Shown one piece after another: positions 30,879 to 38,940 of a stretch of 64,000 bases of DNA. The translations under genes were made by a program, and so were the position numbers. How positions within the stretch are numbered: the first letter of the stretch is position 1; each line of letters opens with the position of its first letter. The notes under the pieces are model-generated. The model saw nothing but the letters and a program-made list of their open reading frames with translations, had not been told where the DNA came from and searched no databases. Source of the DNA: Gaiellaceae bacterium (lineage in GTDB: Bacteria > Actinomycetota > Thermoleophilia > Gaiellales > Gaiellaceae); assembly GCA_036512155.1 (NCBI GenBank), contig DATCBD010000055.1:14491-78490 (forward strand). The letters run 5' to 3'.

Positions 30879-32831
30879 TTGGCGCTGCTCGGTCGCGCCG
30901 CACTCCTCCTCAGCTTCGGGCTCGTCGTGTACGCGCTCGTCGGCGGCTCGTTCGCGGCGTGGAAGCGGCGTCGCCGGCTCGCGCTTTCAGCGCAGAACGC
31001 GCTCGTCGCATCGTTCGTGACCACGCTCGTCGCCGCGATCGTGCTGTTGATCGCGCTCGGCCGGCGTGACCTCTCGTTCGTCTACGTCGCGCAACACACG
31101 AGTCACTCGCTTCCGCTTGGCTACGCGCTCTCGGCGTTCTGGGGCGGGCAGGAGGGCTCGCTGCTGCTCTGGCTGCTCGTCCTCACCGGCTATGCGTCGC
31201 TCGCCGTCTTGCTGAATCGCCGCTCGCGCGAGCTGATCGCATGGACGGTCCCCGTGCTAGGCGGGATCGCCGTCTTCTTCGCCATGATGCTCTGCTTCGT
31301 CTCGAGCCCGTTCGCGACGGCGGCAGCTCCTGCGGACGGTGCCGGGATGGACCCGAGCCTGCAGAACCCGTACATGCTCGCGCACCCGCCGATGCTGTAC
31401 CTCGGCTACGTCGGGCTGACGATTCCGTTCGCGTTCGCGATGGGCGCGCTGCTGGCGCGGCGCACGGACGAACGCTGGATCGTCGCGACCCGCCGGTGGA
31501 CGCTCGCGGCCTGGACGTTCCTCGGCGTCGGCCAGCTGCTCGGCGCGCACTGGGCGTACGTCGAGATCGGCTGGGGCGGCTACTACGCGTGGGATCCGGT
31601 CGAGAACGCGGCGCTCATGCCGTGGCTCGCGGCTACCGCGTTCCTGCACTCGGTGATGATCCAGGAGAAGCGCGGCATGCTGAAGATCTGGAACGTGACC
31701 CTCGTCTCGCTCGCGTTCTGTCTCTCAATCTTCGGGACGTTCCTCACGCGCTCCGGCGTCATCAACTCGATCCACTCGTTCTCGCAGAGCTCGCTCGGCG
31801 GCTGGTTCCTCGGCTTCCTGGCGGTCGTCATCGTGTTCTCCGTCGGGCTCATCTACCTGCGCCTGCCGCTGCTGCGTTCGAAGACGAAGCTCGAGTCGCT
31901 CGTCTCGCGCGAAGCGACGTTCCTCTACAACAACCTGTTGCTCGTCGCGCTCGCGCTCACGATCCTGTGGGGCGTCGTCTACCCGCTGCTGACGCAGGCG
32001 GTGAACGGCGAGACGCGCTCGGTCTCGAAGCCGTACTACGACTTCTTCCTGCACAGCTTCGGTCTCCCGCTCCTTCTGCTGATGGGGATCGGGCCTCTCG
32101 TCGCCTGGCGTCGCGCGTCGCTGCGCGCGCTCGGGAAGACGTTCGCGGTGCCGGCCGCGGTGTCGGTCGTGACCGGGGTCGTGCTCCTCGCCCTCGGCTT
32201 CGGGAGCTCGACGCCGGGCCTGCTGGCGTACACGTTCTCCGCGTTCGTCGCCGCGTCGATCGTGCTCGAGTTCGTCCGCGGACGCCGTGCCACTGGCTCG
32301 CTGCCGCGTCTCGTGGCGCGCAACCGACGCCGCTACGGCGGCTACATCGTCCACGCCGCGATCGTGCTGCTCGCAATCGGCATCGCGGGCTCGAGCGCGT
32401 ACCAGACCATTCGCGAGCGTAGCCTCCAGCGCGGCCAGACGATGCAGGCCGCCGGCTACACGTTCAGGTACGAGTCGCTCGAGACGAGGCAGCTGCAGAA
32501 CGCGCAGCAGACGAGCGCCGTCATCGACGTCTCGCGCGGCGGCTCGCACGTGACGACGCTGCACCCGGGCAAGAGCTGGTTTCCGGTCGAGCAGTCGGCG
32601 TCGAACGACGTCTCGATCTATCACGACCCTCGCAGCCTCGGCGACGTGTACACCATCGCCGACGGCATCTCGAAGAACGGCACGCTCGACCTGAAGGTGC
32701 TCGTGAAGCCGCTCGTCAACCTCGTGTGGGCGGCCGGCTTCGTCTTCGTGTTCGGCTCCCTCGTCGCCATGTGGCCGGACGCGGTCGAGCAGCGCAAGCT
32801 CGCCGACCGGTACGCCGCAGTTCCGGTATGA
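30879..32831 (+). CDS. ccmF: cytochrome c heme lyase subunit CcmF
   Basis: 3' two-thirds of ORF 30114..32831. WWD motif WGGYYAWDPVENAALMPWL, multi-TM. The start is uncertain (TTG 30879, or ATC 30858 as the N-terminal alignment suggests). Confidence 0.88.
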   Translation: MALLGRAALLLSFGLVVYALVGGSFAAWKRRRRLALSAQNALVASFVTTLVAAIVLLIALGRRDLSFVYVAQHTSHSLPLGYALSAFWGGQEGSLLLWLLVLTGYASLAVLLNRRSRELIAWTVPVLGGIAVFFAMMLCFVSSPFATAAAPADGAGMDPSLQNPYMLAHPPMLYLGYVGLTIPFAFAMGALLARRTDERWIVATRRWTLAAWTFLGVGQLLGAHWAYVEIGWGGYYAWDPVENAALMPWLAATAFLHSVMIQEKRGMLKIWNVTLVSLAFCLSIFGTFLTRSGVINSIHSFSQSSLGGWFLGFLAVVIVFSVGLIYLRLPLLRSKTKLESLVSREATFLYNNLLLVALALTILWGVVYPLLTQAVNGETRSVSKPYYDFFLHSFGLPLLLLMGIGPLVAWRRASLRALGKTFAVPAAVSVVTGVVLLALGFGSSTPGLLAYTFSAFVAASIVLEFVRGRRATGSLPRLVARNRRRYGGYIVHAAIVLLAIGIAGSSAYQTIRERSLQRGQTMQAAGYTFRYESLETRQLQNAQQTSAVIDVSRGGSHVTTLHPGKSWFPVEQSASNDVSIYHDPRSLGDVYTIADGISKNGTLDLKVLVKPLVNLVWAAGFVFVFGSLVAMWPDAVEQRKLADRYAAVPV

Positions 32832-33154
32832 CCCTTGCGCTCGTGCTCGGCGGCATCCTCGCGGTGCTCGTCGTGGTCGCGGTCGCGCGGCCGTTCCTGC
32901 GCGAGCCGGCGCCGGAGAGCGATGTGCTCGACGAGCCGGGCGAGCTGGAGCGCCGTCGGCTCACGCTCAGCGAGGAGCGCGACCAGGCGCTCGCAGCGCT
33001 GAAAGAGCTCGAGTTCGACCATCGCACGGGCAAGGTTTCCGACGACGACTACCGCGTTCTCGTGGGGCCGCTTCGGCGGCGTGCGGCCGAGGCGTTACGT
33101 GCGCTGGAACCGCGGGCAGAAGCCCGTCATGCCCGCGTCGCACGACCGCGCTGA
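32828..33154 (+). CDS. CcmI-like N-terminal-domain membrane protein
   Basis: ATGA overlap with ccmF. One TM, then ERDQALAALKELEFDHRTGKVSDDDY, which resembles the CcmI/CycH N-terminal segment. No CXXC. Confidence 0.45.
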   Translation: MTLALVLGGILAVLVVVAVARPFLREPAPESDVLDEPGELERRRLTLSEERDQALAALKELEFDHRTGKVSDDDYRVLVGPLRRRAAEALRALEPRAEARHARVARPR

Positions 33155-33755
33155 CCAGCCCACCCGGCGCGTCCCGCTGCCGCCCGACGAGACGGGACCG
33201 GTTCCCGTCTCGCTCGCCCGTGCGGAGCCGCGATGGTTCGGCGTGCCGCCGCCGCTCCTCCTGCTCGGGCTCGCGGTCTTCTCGTTCGCGCTCGCCGTCG
33301 CGCTCTTCGCCGGCGGGAGCTGGCCGGGCGGACTCATCCTGCTCGGGCTCGCGGCGCTGTTCACAGCGGCGTTCCTGGAGATTGCGCGCCGTCGGCCCTC
33401 GGACGCCGTCATCGGCGCTCGTTCCTGGGCAGGCCCGAGGCTGGAGCTCCTGCTTGCGCGGTCGAGAACGGTGGCGGATGCACAGCGCCTGCGCGGCGAC
33501 CAGGCGGTGATCGAGGCCGAGCGCCAGGCGGCGCTCCTGCGCCTCGGCGAGGCCGTCCAGAGTGAGGACGCGGCCACGGCTGCGACGGCGCGGGAGCGGC
33601 TGGCAGAGCTCGACCGGGCCGAGGAAGCGCTGCACGGCCGCCTGGCGGCTCGGCTCGCTCAGGGGGATGAGCGCGTGCGGCGCGTCCGGATGTCCATCCA
33701 GCAGACCGTGATCGTCCGGCCTTCGGACGACGATTCGCACCGACCAGCAGCGTAG
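33129..33755 (+). CDS. membrane protein with a coiled-coil C-terminus
   Basis: ORF 33081..33755. I placed the start at MPASHDR. Two TM segments followed by a helical Ala/Arg/Glu-rich region. Confidence 0.5.
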   Translation: MPASHDRADQPTRRVPLPPDETGPVPVSLARAEPRWFGVPPPLLLLGLAVFSFALAVALFAGGSWPGGLILLGLAALFTAAFLEIARRRPSDAVIGARSWAGPRLELLLARSRTVADAQRLRGDQAVIEAERQAALLRLGEAVQSEDAATAATARERLAELDRAEEALHGRLAARLAQGDERVRRVRMSIQQTVIVRPSDDDSHRPAA

Positions 33756-33804
33756 AGTTCGGTGACCGGGCAGGGACGCGGGGCGTCCTGACGAAACCCG
33801 TCTT

Positions 33805-35007
33805 TTGATGGCCAGACGCCTCGGTGTCCTCCTCATCCTCGGATTCGCTCTCGTAGCCGCGCCGGCCTTCGGCGGAGACAACCTCGGGCAGCAGAAGGCG
33901 AGCCTCGACGCGAAGCTCGCATCGGTGCAGGCGAAGATCGCGGCTGCACGCACGCGGGAGTCAGCCCTGAACACGCAGATCGGCAGCCTGACGTCGCAGA
34001 TCCAGACGCTCGAGACGCGCGTCGGCGGCGTCTCCTCGAAGTTATCCTCGCTGCGCGCCGACCTCGCGCTGCACCAGCGACGTCTGAGCACGCTCAACCG
34101 CCTGTACCAGGTGCAGACGTCGCGCTTCAGCGACCTGCGGCACGAGTACTCGCTCGCGGTCATCCGGCTCGACAACCGTCTCGTGTCCATCTACAAGCAG
34201 TCGGAGCCCGGAACGATCGATCTCATCCTGCAGGCGAAGAGCTTCCAGGACGTGCTCGACGAGCTCAACTATCTCGGACTGCTCGCGAAGGCGGACAACA
34301 CGATCGCGACACAGGTGCAGACCGCAAAGACCCAGGTCGCGGCGGCGCGCAAGAAGACGGTTGCGGTCCGGCAGACCGTTGAGAACGAGGCGAACAAGAT
34401 CAACGCGTACGTCCAGCAGGAGGCGTTCCTACGCAGCTCGCTGCTCGCGAACCAGGGCAAGCTCACGGGCGCGAAGGCGGGCAAGTCGCACGCGCTCCTG
34501 GAGACGAAGGCGCAGGAAGAGGAGGCGCAGCGGGAATCGGATGCGATCCAGGCGGCGAGCGCTGCGATCGAGGCGAAGATCCGTGCCGCCACAGCAGCGC
34601 CCGGCGACAATCCGAGTGGGACGGTCGCGACGCCGAGCGCGGCGGGTCTCATCTGGCCCGTGCAAGGTCCGATCACGAGCCCGTTCGGCCCGCGCTGGGG
34701 CGGCTTCCACCCGGGCATCGACATTGGCGTCCCGGAAGGCACGCCGATCCACGCCGCCGCGGCCGGCACGGTCATCTACTGCGGCTGGGAGAGCGGCTAC
34801 GGCAACCTCGTCGTCATCGACCACCACAACGGCCTCGCGACCGCGTACGGGCATCAATCGAAGATCGAAGTGAGCTGTAACGAGAACGTCGCGCAGGGCC
34901 AGGTGATCGGGCTCTCCGGCTGCACCGGCTTCTGCACCGGCCCGCACGTCCACTTCGAGGTGCGCGTGAACGGCACGCCCGTCGATCCTCTCGGCTACTT
35001 GCCGTAA
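33805..35007 (+). CDS. secreted coiled-coil M23 family metallopeptidase (EnvC-like architecture)
   Basis: Signal peptide, ~250-aa coiled coil, C-terminal M23 motifs HPGIDIG and GPHVHFEV. Confidence 0.88.
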   Translation: MMARRLGVLLILGFALVAAPAFGGDNLGQQKASLDAKLASVQAKIAAARTRESALNTQIGSLTSQIQTLETRVGGVSSKLSSLRADLALHQRRLSTLNRLYQVQTSRFSDLRHEYSLAVIRLDNRLVSIYKQSEPGTIDLILQAKSFQDVLDELNYLGLLAKADNTIATQVQTAKTQVAAARKKTVAVRQTVENEANKINAYVQQEAFLRSSLLANQGKLTGAKAGKSHALLETKAQEEEAQRESDAIQAASAAIEAKIRAATAAPGDNPSGTVATPSAAGLIWPVQGPITSPFGPRWGGFHPGIDIGVPEGTPIHAAAAGTVIYCGWESGYGNLVVIDHHNGLATAYGHQSKIEVSCNENVAQGQVIGLSGCTGFCTGPHVHFEVRVNGTPVDPLGYLP

Positions 35008-35010
35008 CCC

Positions 35011-36303
35011 TCAGACGACGTACGAGGCAAGCAGGTAGACGTTCAGCCCGGCGATGAGGGCCGAGATGGCGATCGCCGCCGCGCTCATCAGGCGGCTGTT
35101 GACCTGGACGCCCATGACGTCCCGCCGGCGCGTGAGGAGGACGAGCGGGATCAGGGCGAACGGGATCCCGAACGAGAGGACGACCTGGCTGAGGACGAGC
35201 GCGTTCGTCGGGCTGACGCCGATCGCGAGCACGACGAGCGCCGGAATCATCGTCACCGCCCGCCGAAGCATGAGTGGTATGCGCAGGTTCACGAAGCCGG
35301 CCATCACCACCTGCCCGGCGTAGGTGCCGACGCTCGACGAGGACGCGCCCGAGGCGAGCAGCGCGACCGCGAACGCGAGTGCCGCGGTTCCGCCGACGAG
35401 GCGGCCGAGCTCCGCATGCGCTTGTGGAATCGTGCTCAGCCCGGACAGTGCCGGCGTGTGGAAGAGCTTCGCCGCCACCGCCAGCATGGAGAGGTTGATG
35501 ACCCCGGCGAGGCCGAGAGCGATGATGACGTCCAGCCGCTCGAACCGGAGGATGCGCGCTCGTTCCCCGTCGTTGTGCGCCGGCGTGCGGCCCTGCGTCA
35601 GGGCGGAGTGGAGGTAGATCGCGTGCGGCATCACGGTCGCGCCGACGATTCCGACGGCGAGATAGAGCGACGAGCCGCCGGCGAGGTGCGGGATGAATGT
35701 GCCACGCAGTGACCCGCTGGCCGACGGGCCGATTTTCAGCGTCTCGTACAGAAAGCCGAGGAAGATGATTCCGAGCAGCCCGGTAATCGCGAGCTCGAAG
35801 CGGCGGAAGCCGTGTCGCTGCAGCTCGAGGATTCCGAACGCGAGGAAGCCGGTCATGATGCCGGCCGGGAACAGCGGAACGTGGAACAGGAGGTTGAGGC
35901 CGAGCGCGGCGCCGAGGAATTCGGCGATGTCGGTCGACATCGCCATCACCTCCGCCTGCATCCACAGGCCGCGGCTGACCCAGCGCGGATAGTGCGTGCG
36001 GCACAGCTCCGGCAGGTTGCGGTCGGTGGCGATTCCGAGCTTCGCCGACAGGTACTGGATCAGCATTGCCATGAGGTTCGCGGCGAGGACGACCCAGAGC
36101 AGCAGGTAGCCGTACTTCGCGCCGCCCTGCACATTGGTGGCGAAGTTCCCGGGATCGACGTACGCGATCGCGGCGACGAACGCCGGCCCGAGCATGGCGA
36201 GCGTCGCGCGCAGCCGGCCCTTGGCGAGGACGGCTTCGAGCGGACTGAGACCGCCGGGACGGTCGAGGACGACGGTTGCGGTGTCGGCGGGAGGCGGCGT
36301 CAT
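35011..36303 (-). CDS. mntH: Nramp family divalent metal (Mn2+) transporter
   Basis: AYVDPGNFATN motif. 11-12 TM, 430 aa. Confidence 0.92.
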   Translation of the reverse strand: MTPPPADTATVVLDRPGGLSPLEAVLAKGRLRATLAMLGPAFVAAIAYVDPGNFATNVQGGAKYGYLLLWVVLAANLMAMLIQYLSAKLGIATDRNLPELCRTHYPRWVSRGLWMQAEVMAMSTDIAEFLGAALGLNLLFHVPLFPAGIMTGFLAFGILELQRHGFRRFELAITGLLGIIFLGFLYETLKIGPSASGSLRGTFIPHLAGGSSLYLAVGIVGATVMPHAIYLHSALTQGRTPAHNDGERARILRFERLDVIIALGLAGVINLSMLAVAAKLFHTPALSGLSTIPQAHAELGRLVGGTAALAFAVALLASGASSSSVGTYAGQVVMAGFVNLRIPLMLRRAVTMIPALVVLAIGVSPTNALVLSQVVLSFGIPFALIPLVLLTRRRDVMGVQVNSRLMSAAAIAISALIAGLNVYLLASYVV

Positions 36304-36959
36304 GCGGTGACCCGCATCGCGCGGGCGAGCACCGCTCCGAGCACGTGCTCGTCGTCCGCGACGCGGACATACAGGGGGCCGTCGAACGGTTGCCGGTCGA
36401 CCACCTCGAGGGCCGCGCCCGGGGCGATCCCGCGCTCGCTGAGGAAGCGGAGCATTGCCGGATCGGAGTCCGAGACGCGCACGAACGTGCCCTGCTCGCC
36501 CGGCTCGAGCGCATAGAGACTGCGGCTTTCGTCCGCTGGCACGGTCAGCTCCCGGCTCGGAATCGGGTCGCCGTGCGGGTCGAACGCCGGGTCGCCGAGC
36601 TTGGCGGCGATCAGCTCCTCGAGCTCCTCGGAGAGGACGTGCTCGAGCACCTCCGCCTCCGCGTGCACCTCGTCCCAGCTCATCCCGAGGTTCTCCACGA
36701 GGAAGAGCTCGAGCAGGCGGTGGTGGCGGACGACCTCGAGCGCGACGCGCGTGCCGTGCTCCGTGAGGCGCACGCCGCGGTACGGCTCGTGCTCGACTAG
36801 GCCGAGGGCGGTCAGCTTCGAGAGCATTCCGGAGACCGAGGCGGGGCGGACGTCGAGCCGCTCGGCGAGCGCCGTCGTCGTCACGGAGCCCTCGCCGGCC
36901 TCGAGGGTGTAGATCGCCTTGACGTAATCCTCGACGGCAGCCGTGACACTTTCAGGCAT
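36300..36959 (-). CDS. DtxR/IdeR/MntR family metal-dependent repressor
   Basis: N-terminal wHTH (EDYVKAIY), metal and dimerisation helix (HRLLELFL), C-terminal SH3/FeoA-like domain. ATGA-type overlap with mntH. Confidence 0.9.
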   Translation of the reverse strand: MPESVTAAVEDYVKAIYTLEAGEGSVTTTALAERLDVRPASVSGMLSKLTALGLVEHEPYRGVRLTEHGTRVALEVVRHHRLLELFLVENLGMSWDEVHAEAEVLEHVLSEELEELIAAKLGDPAFDPHGDPIPSRELTVPADESRSLYALEPGEQGTFVRVSDSDPAMLRFLSERGIAPGAALEVVDRQPFDGPLYVRVADDEHVLGAVLARAMRVTA

Positions 36960-36991
36960 GCCTAAATCGTAGCTGAGGAAGGGCTAGGTTG

Positions 36992-37537
36992 CTAGCTCAG
37001 CGTGGGGCGCAGCAGCCGCAGGTCGGGCAGCTGGCGCCACCGTTCCTCGAGATCGAAGCCGTAGCCGACGAAGAGCTCGTCGGGCACGACGAAGCCGACG
37101 TAGCGCACCGGGATGTCCTCCACGAGGCGCCGGTATGGGCGGTCGAGCAGCGTGACCGCGTTGATCGAGCGCGGCCGGCGCAACTCGAAGGTGCGGACGA
37201 GGTAGTTGAGCGTCAGACCGGTGTCGACGACGTCCTCGACGACGAGCACGTCACGGTCGAGGACGTCCAGGTCGAGGTCCTTGAGGACGCGGATCTGCTC
37301 GTGGCCGCCCATCTGGGCGCTTCCGTAGCCGGCGAGCTCCACGAAATCGAGCCCGTGCAGGATCGGGACGGCGCGCGAGAGGTCGGCGAGGAAGACGAGG
37401 CTCGCCTTGAGCGAGCCGACGAGGATCGGCTCGAGACCGGCGTAGTCGCGGGCGATCTCGGCGCCGAGCTCGCGCACCCGCGTGGCCAGCTCCTCGGCCG
37501 AGAGGTAGACGTCTCCGATCCGAGGGTCGAGCTCTAT
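36992..37537 (-). CDS. hpt: hypoxanthine phosphoribosyltransferase
   Basis: PRPP motif VLVVEDVVDTGLT. The first canonical start is GTG 37477, but homology (IGDVYLSAEELATRVRELG) continues upstream. The 5' end here is set to ATA 37537, and ATC 37519 is an alternative. Confidence 0.85.
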   Translation of the reverse strand: MELDPRIGDVYLSAEELATRVRELGAEIARDYAGLEPILVGSLKASLVFLADLSRAVPILHGLDFVELAGYGSAQMGGHEQIRVLKDLDLDVLDRDVLVVEDVVDTGLTLNYLVRTFELRRPRSINAVTLLDRPYRRLVEDIPVRYVGFVVPDELFVGYGFDLEERWRQLPDLRLLRPTLS

Positions 37538-37902
37538 GACGCCAGGTCGAGATGGAAGTGCTGTGCCAGCCGTTCCAGATCCCGCTTGTAGAAGAGCTTC
37601 ACCCTGACCTCAGGGTAGCGGGCGCGGAGCTTGCGCAGCTTCCGGTTCTTGCGGGTCACGAGCGACTGCTTCATGAGCGTGAGCTCGACGTAGAGATCCT
37701 GGTCGGGGAGGTAGAAGTCGGGTGCGAACGCCTCAAGCACGCGGCCGTTCTCGTCCTCCTCGAGGACGAAGGTCCGCGGCTCGTACTCCCACGGCACGCC
37801 GTAGTAGTCGAGGACTTTCGCGCACTCGAGCTCCGCCTGACTGGCGAAGCGCGGCGGCTCGGAGCCGCGGAAGGCCTGGAAAACCGGGGTAACGAGCCCC
37901 AT
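37534..37902 (-). CDS. hypothetical protein (122 aa)
   Basis: Good GC3. The segment APDFYLPDQDLYVELT loosely resembles a restriction-endonuclease-fold core but lacks a clear ExK. Confidence 0.5.
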   Translation of the reverse strand: MGLVTPVFQAFRGSEPPRFASQAELECAKVLDYYGVPWEYEPRTFVLEEDENGRVLEAFAPDFYLPDQDLYVELTLMKQSLVTRKNRKLRKLRARYPEVRVKLFYKRDLERLAQHFHLDLAS

Positions 37903-37958
37903 CTGAAGGTCAAGGTACCGATTGGGTCGGACGGTGAAACGGCCGTAGACTTTCGCCC

Positions 37959-38765
37959 ATGACGGGGAAGAACGGGAACGTGTTCACGCTCGTCCAGCTG
38001 TCCGACCTGCACTGCGGGACGCAGTTCTTCCTCCCGAACTTGCTCGAACGCGCCATCGCCGAGGTGAACGAGCTCGTCCCCGACGTCGTCGTCGTCTCCG
38101 GCGACCTGACCACGCACGGGTTCAAGGACGAGTACGCGCTCGCGAAGCGGTACCTCGACACGATCGAGTGCGAGTCGATCGTCGTCATCCCCGGCAACCA
38201 CGACTCACGCAACGTCGGCTACGTCCACTTCGAGGATCTCTTCGGCGACCGCAACTCCGTGTTGCGTCTCAACGGCGTCGCGATCGTCGCCGTCGACTCG
38301 ACCGAGCCCGACCTCGACAACGGGCAGATCGGACGAGGCCGCTACCGCTGGATCGCGGAGCAGTTCGCCGAGCCCGCCGACCTGCGCGTGTTCGTTCTCC
38401 ACCATCACCTGCTGCCGGTGCCCGGCACCGGGCGCGAGCGCAACATCGTCAACGACGCGGGCGACGCGCTCGAGACGCTGCAGCACGCAGACGTCGATCT
38501 CGTTCTGTGTGGGCACAAGCACGTTCCCTACGCCTGGCAGCTGGAGGGCCTCTTCATCGTCAACGCCGGCACCGTGTCGTCGTCGCGCCTCCGCGGGCAC
38601 GGGCGGCCCTGTTACAACGTCGTCGAGGTCGACGGCACCCACGTGGACGTGTGGCGGCGGTACCCGTTCCACGGGCAGGAGAAGATCATCCAGTTCTCGA
38701 CCGACACGAAGACGTACGAGAAATACACCGCGCGTATCGAAGGCGAGGTGACGACGACGCGATGA
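37959..38765 (+). CDS. calcineurin-like metallophosphoesterase
   Basis: Motifs SDLH, GDLTTHG, GNHD, HHH, GHKH. Confidence 0.88.
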   Translation: MTGKNGNVFTLVQLSDLHCGTQFFLPNLLERAIAEVNELVPDVVVVSGDLTTHGFKDEYALAKRYLDTIECESIVVIPGNHDSRNVGYVHFEDLFGDRNSVLRLNGVAIVAVDSTEPDLDNGQIGRGRYRWIAEQFAEPADLRVFVLHHHLLPVPGTGRERNIVNDAGDALETLQHADVDLVLCGHKHVPYAWQLEGLFIVNAGTVSSSRLRGHGRPCYNVVEVDGTHVDVWRRYPFHGQEKIIQFSTDTKTYEKYTARIEGEVTTTR

Positions 38766-38940
38766 GCTCGCCTCACGTTCCTGGGGCGACGCTGGCAAAG
38801 GAGCCAAGCGCGCGCCGCGCAGGGCAGTACATGACGTACGACCAAGCGGCGCGTGCGCAGGATCCTGCCGCCACACCTACGGAGCAATTGTTGACGCGTG
38901 GCCCCGCTCCGCCGGGCGGGAGCGAAAGGCGGCCAGGGAC

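Noticed and set aside
37534-37902. Calling the 122-aa protein a PD-(D/E)xK nuclease.
   Set aside because: Only a PDF...YVELT fragment resembles the motif and the ExK lysine is missing. It is left as hypothetical.
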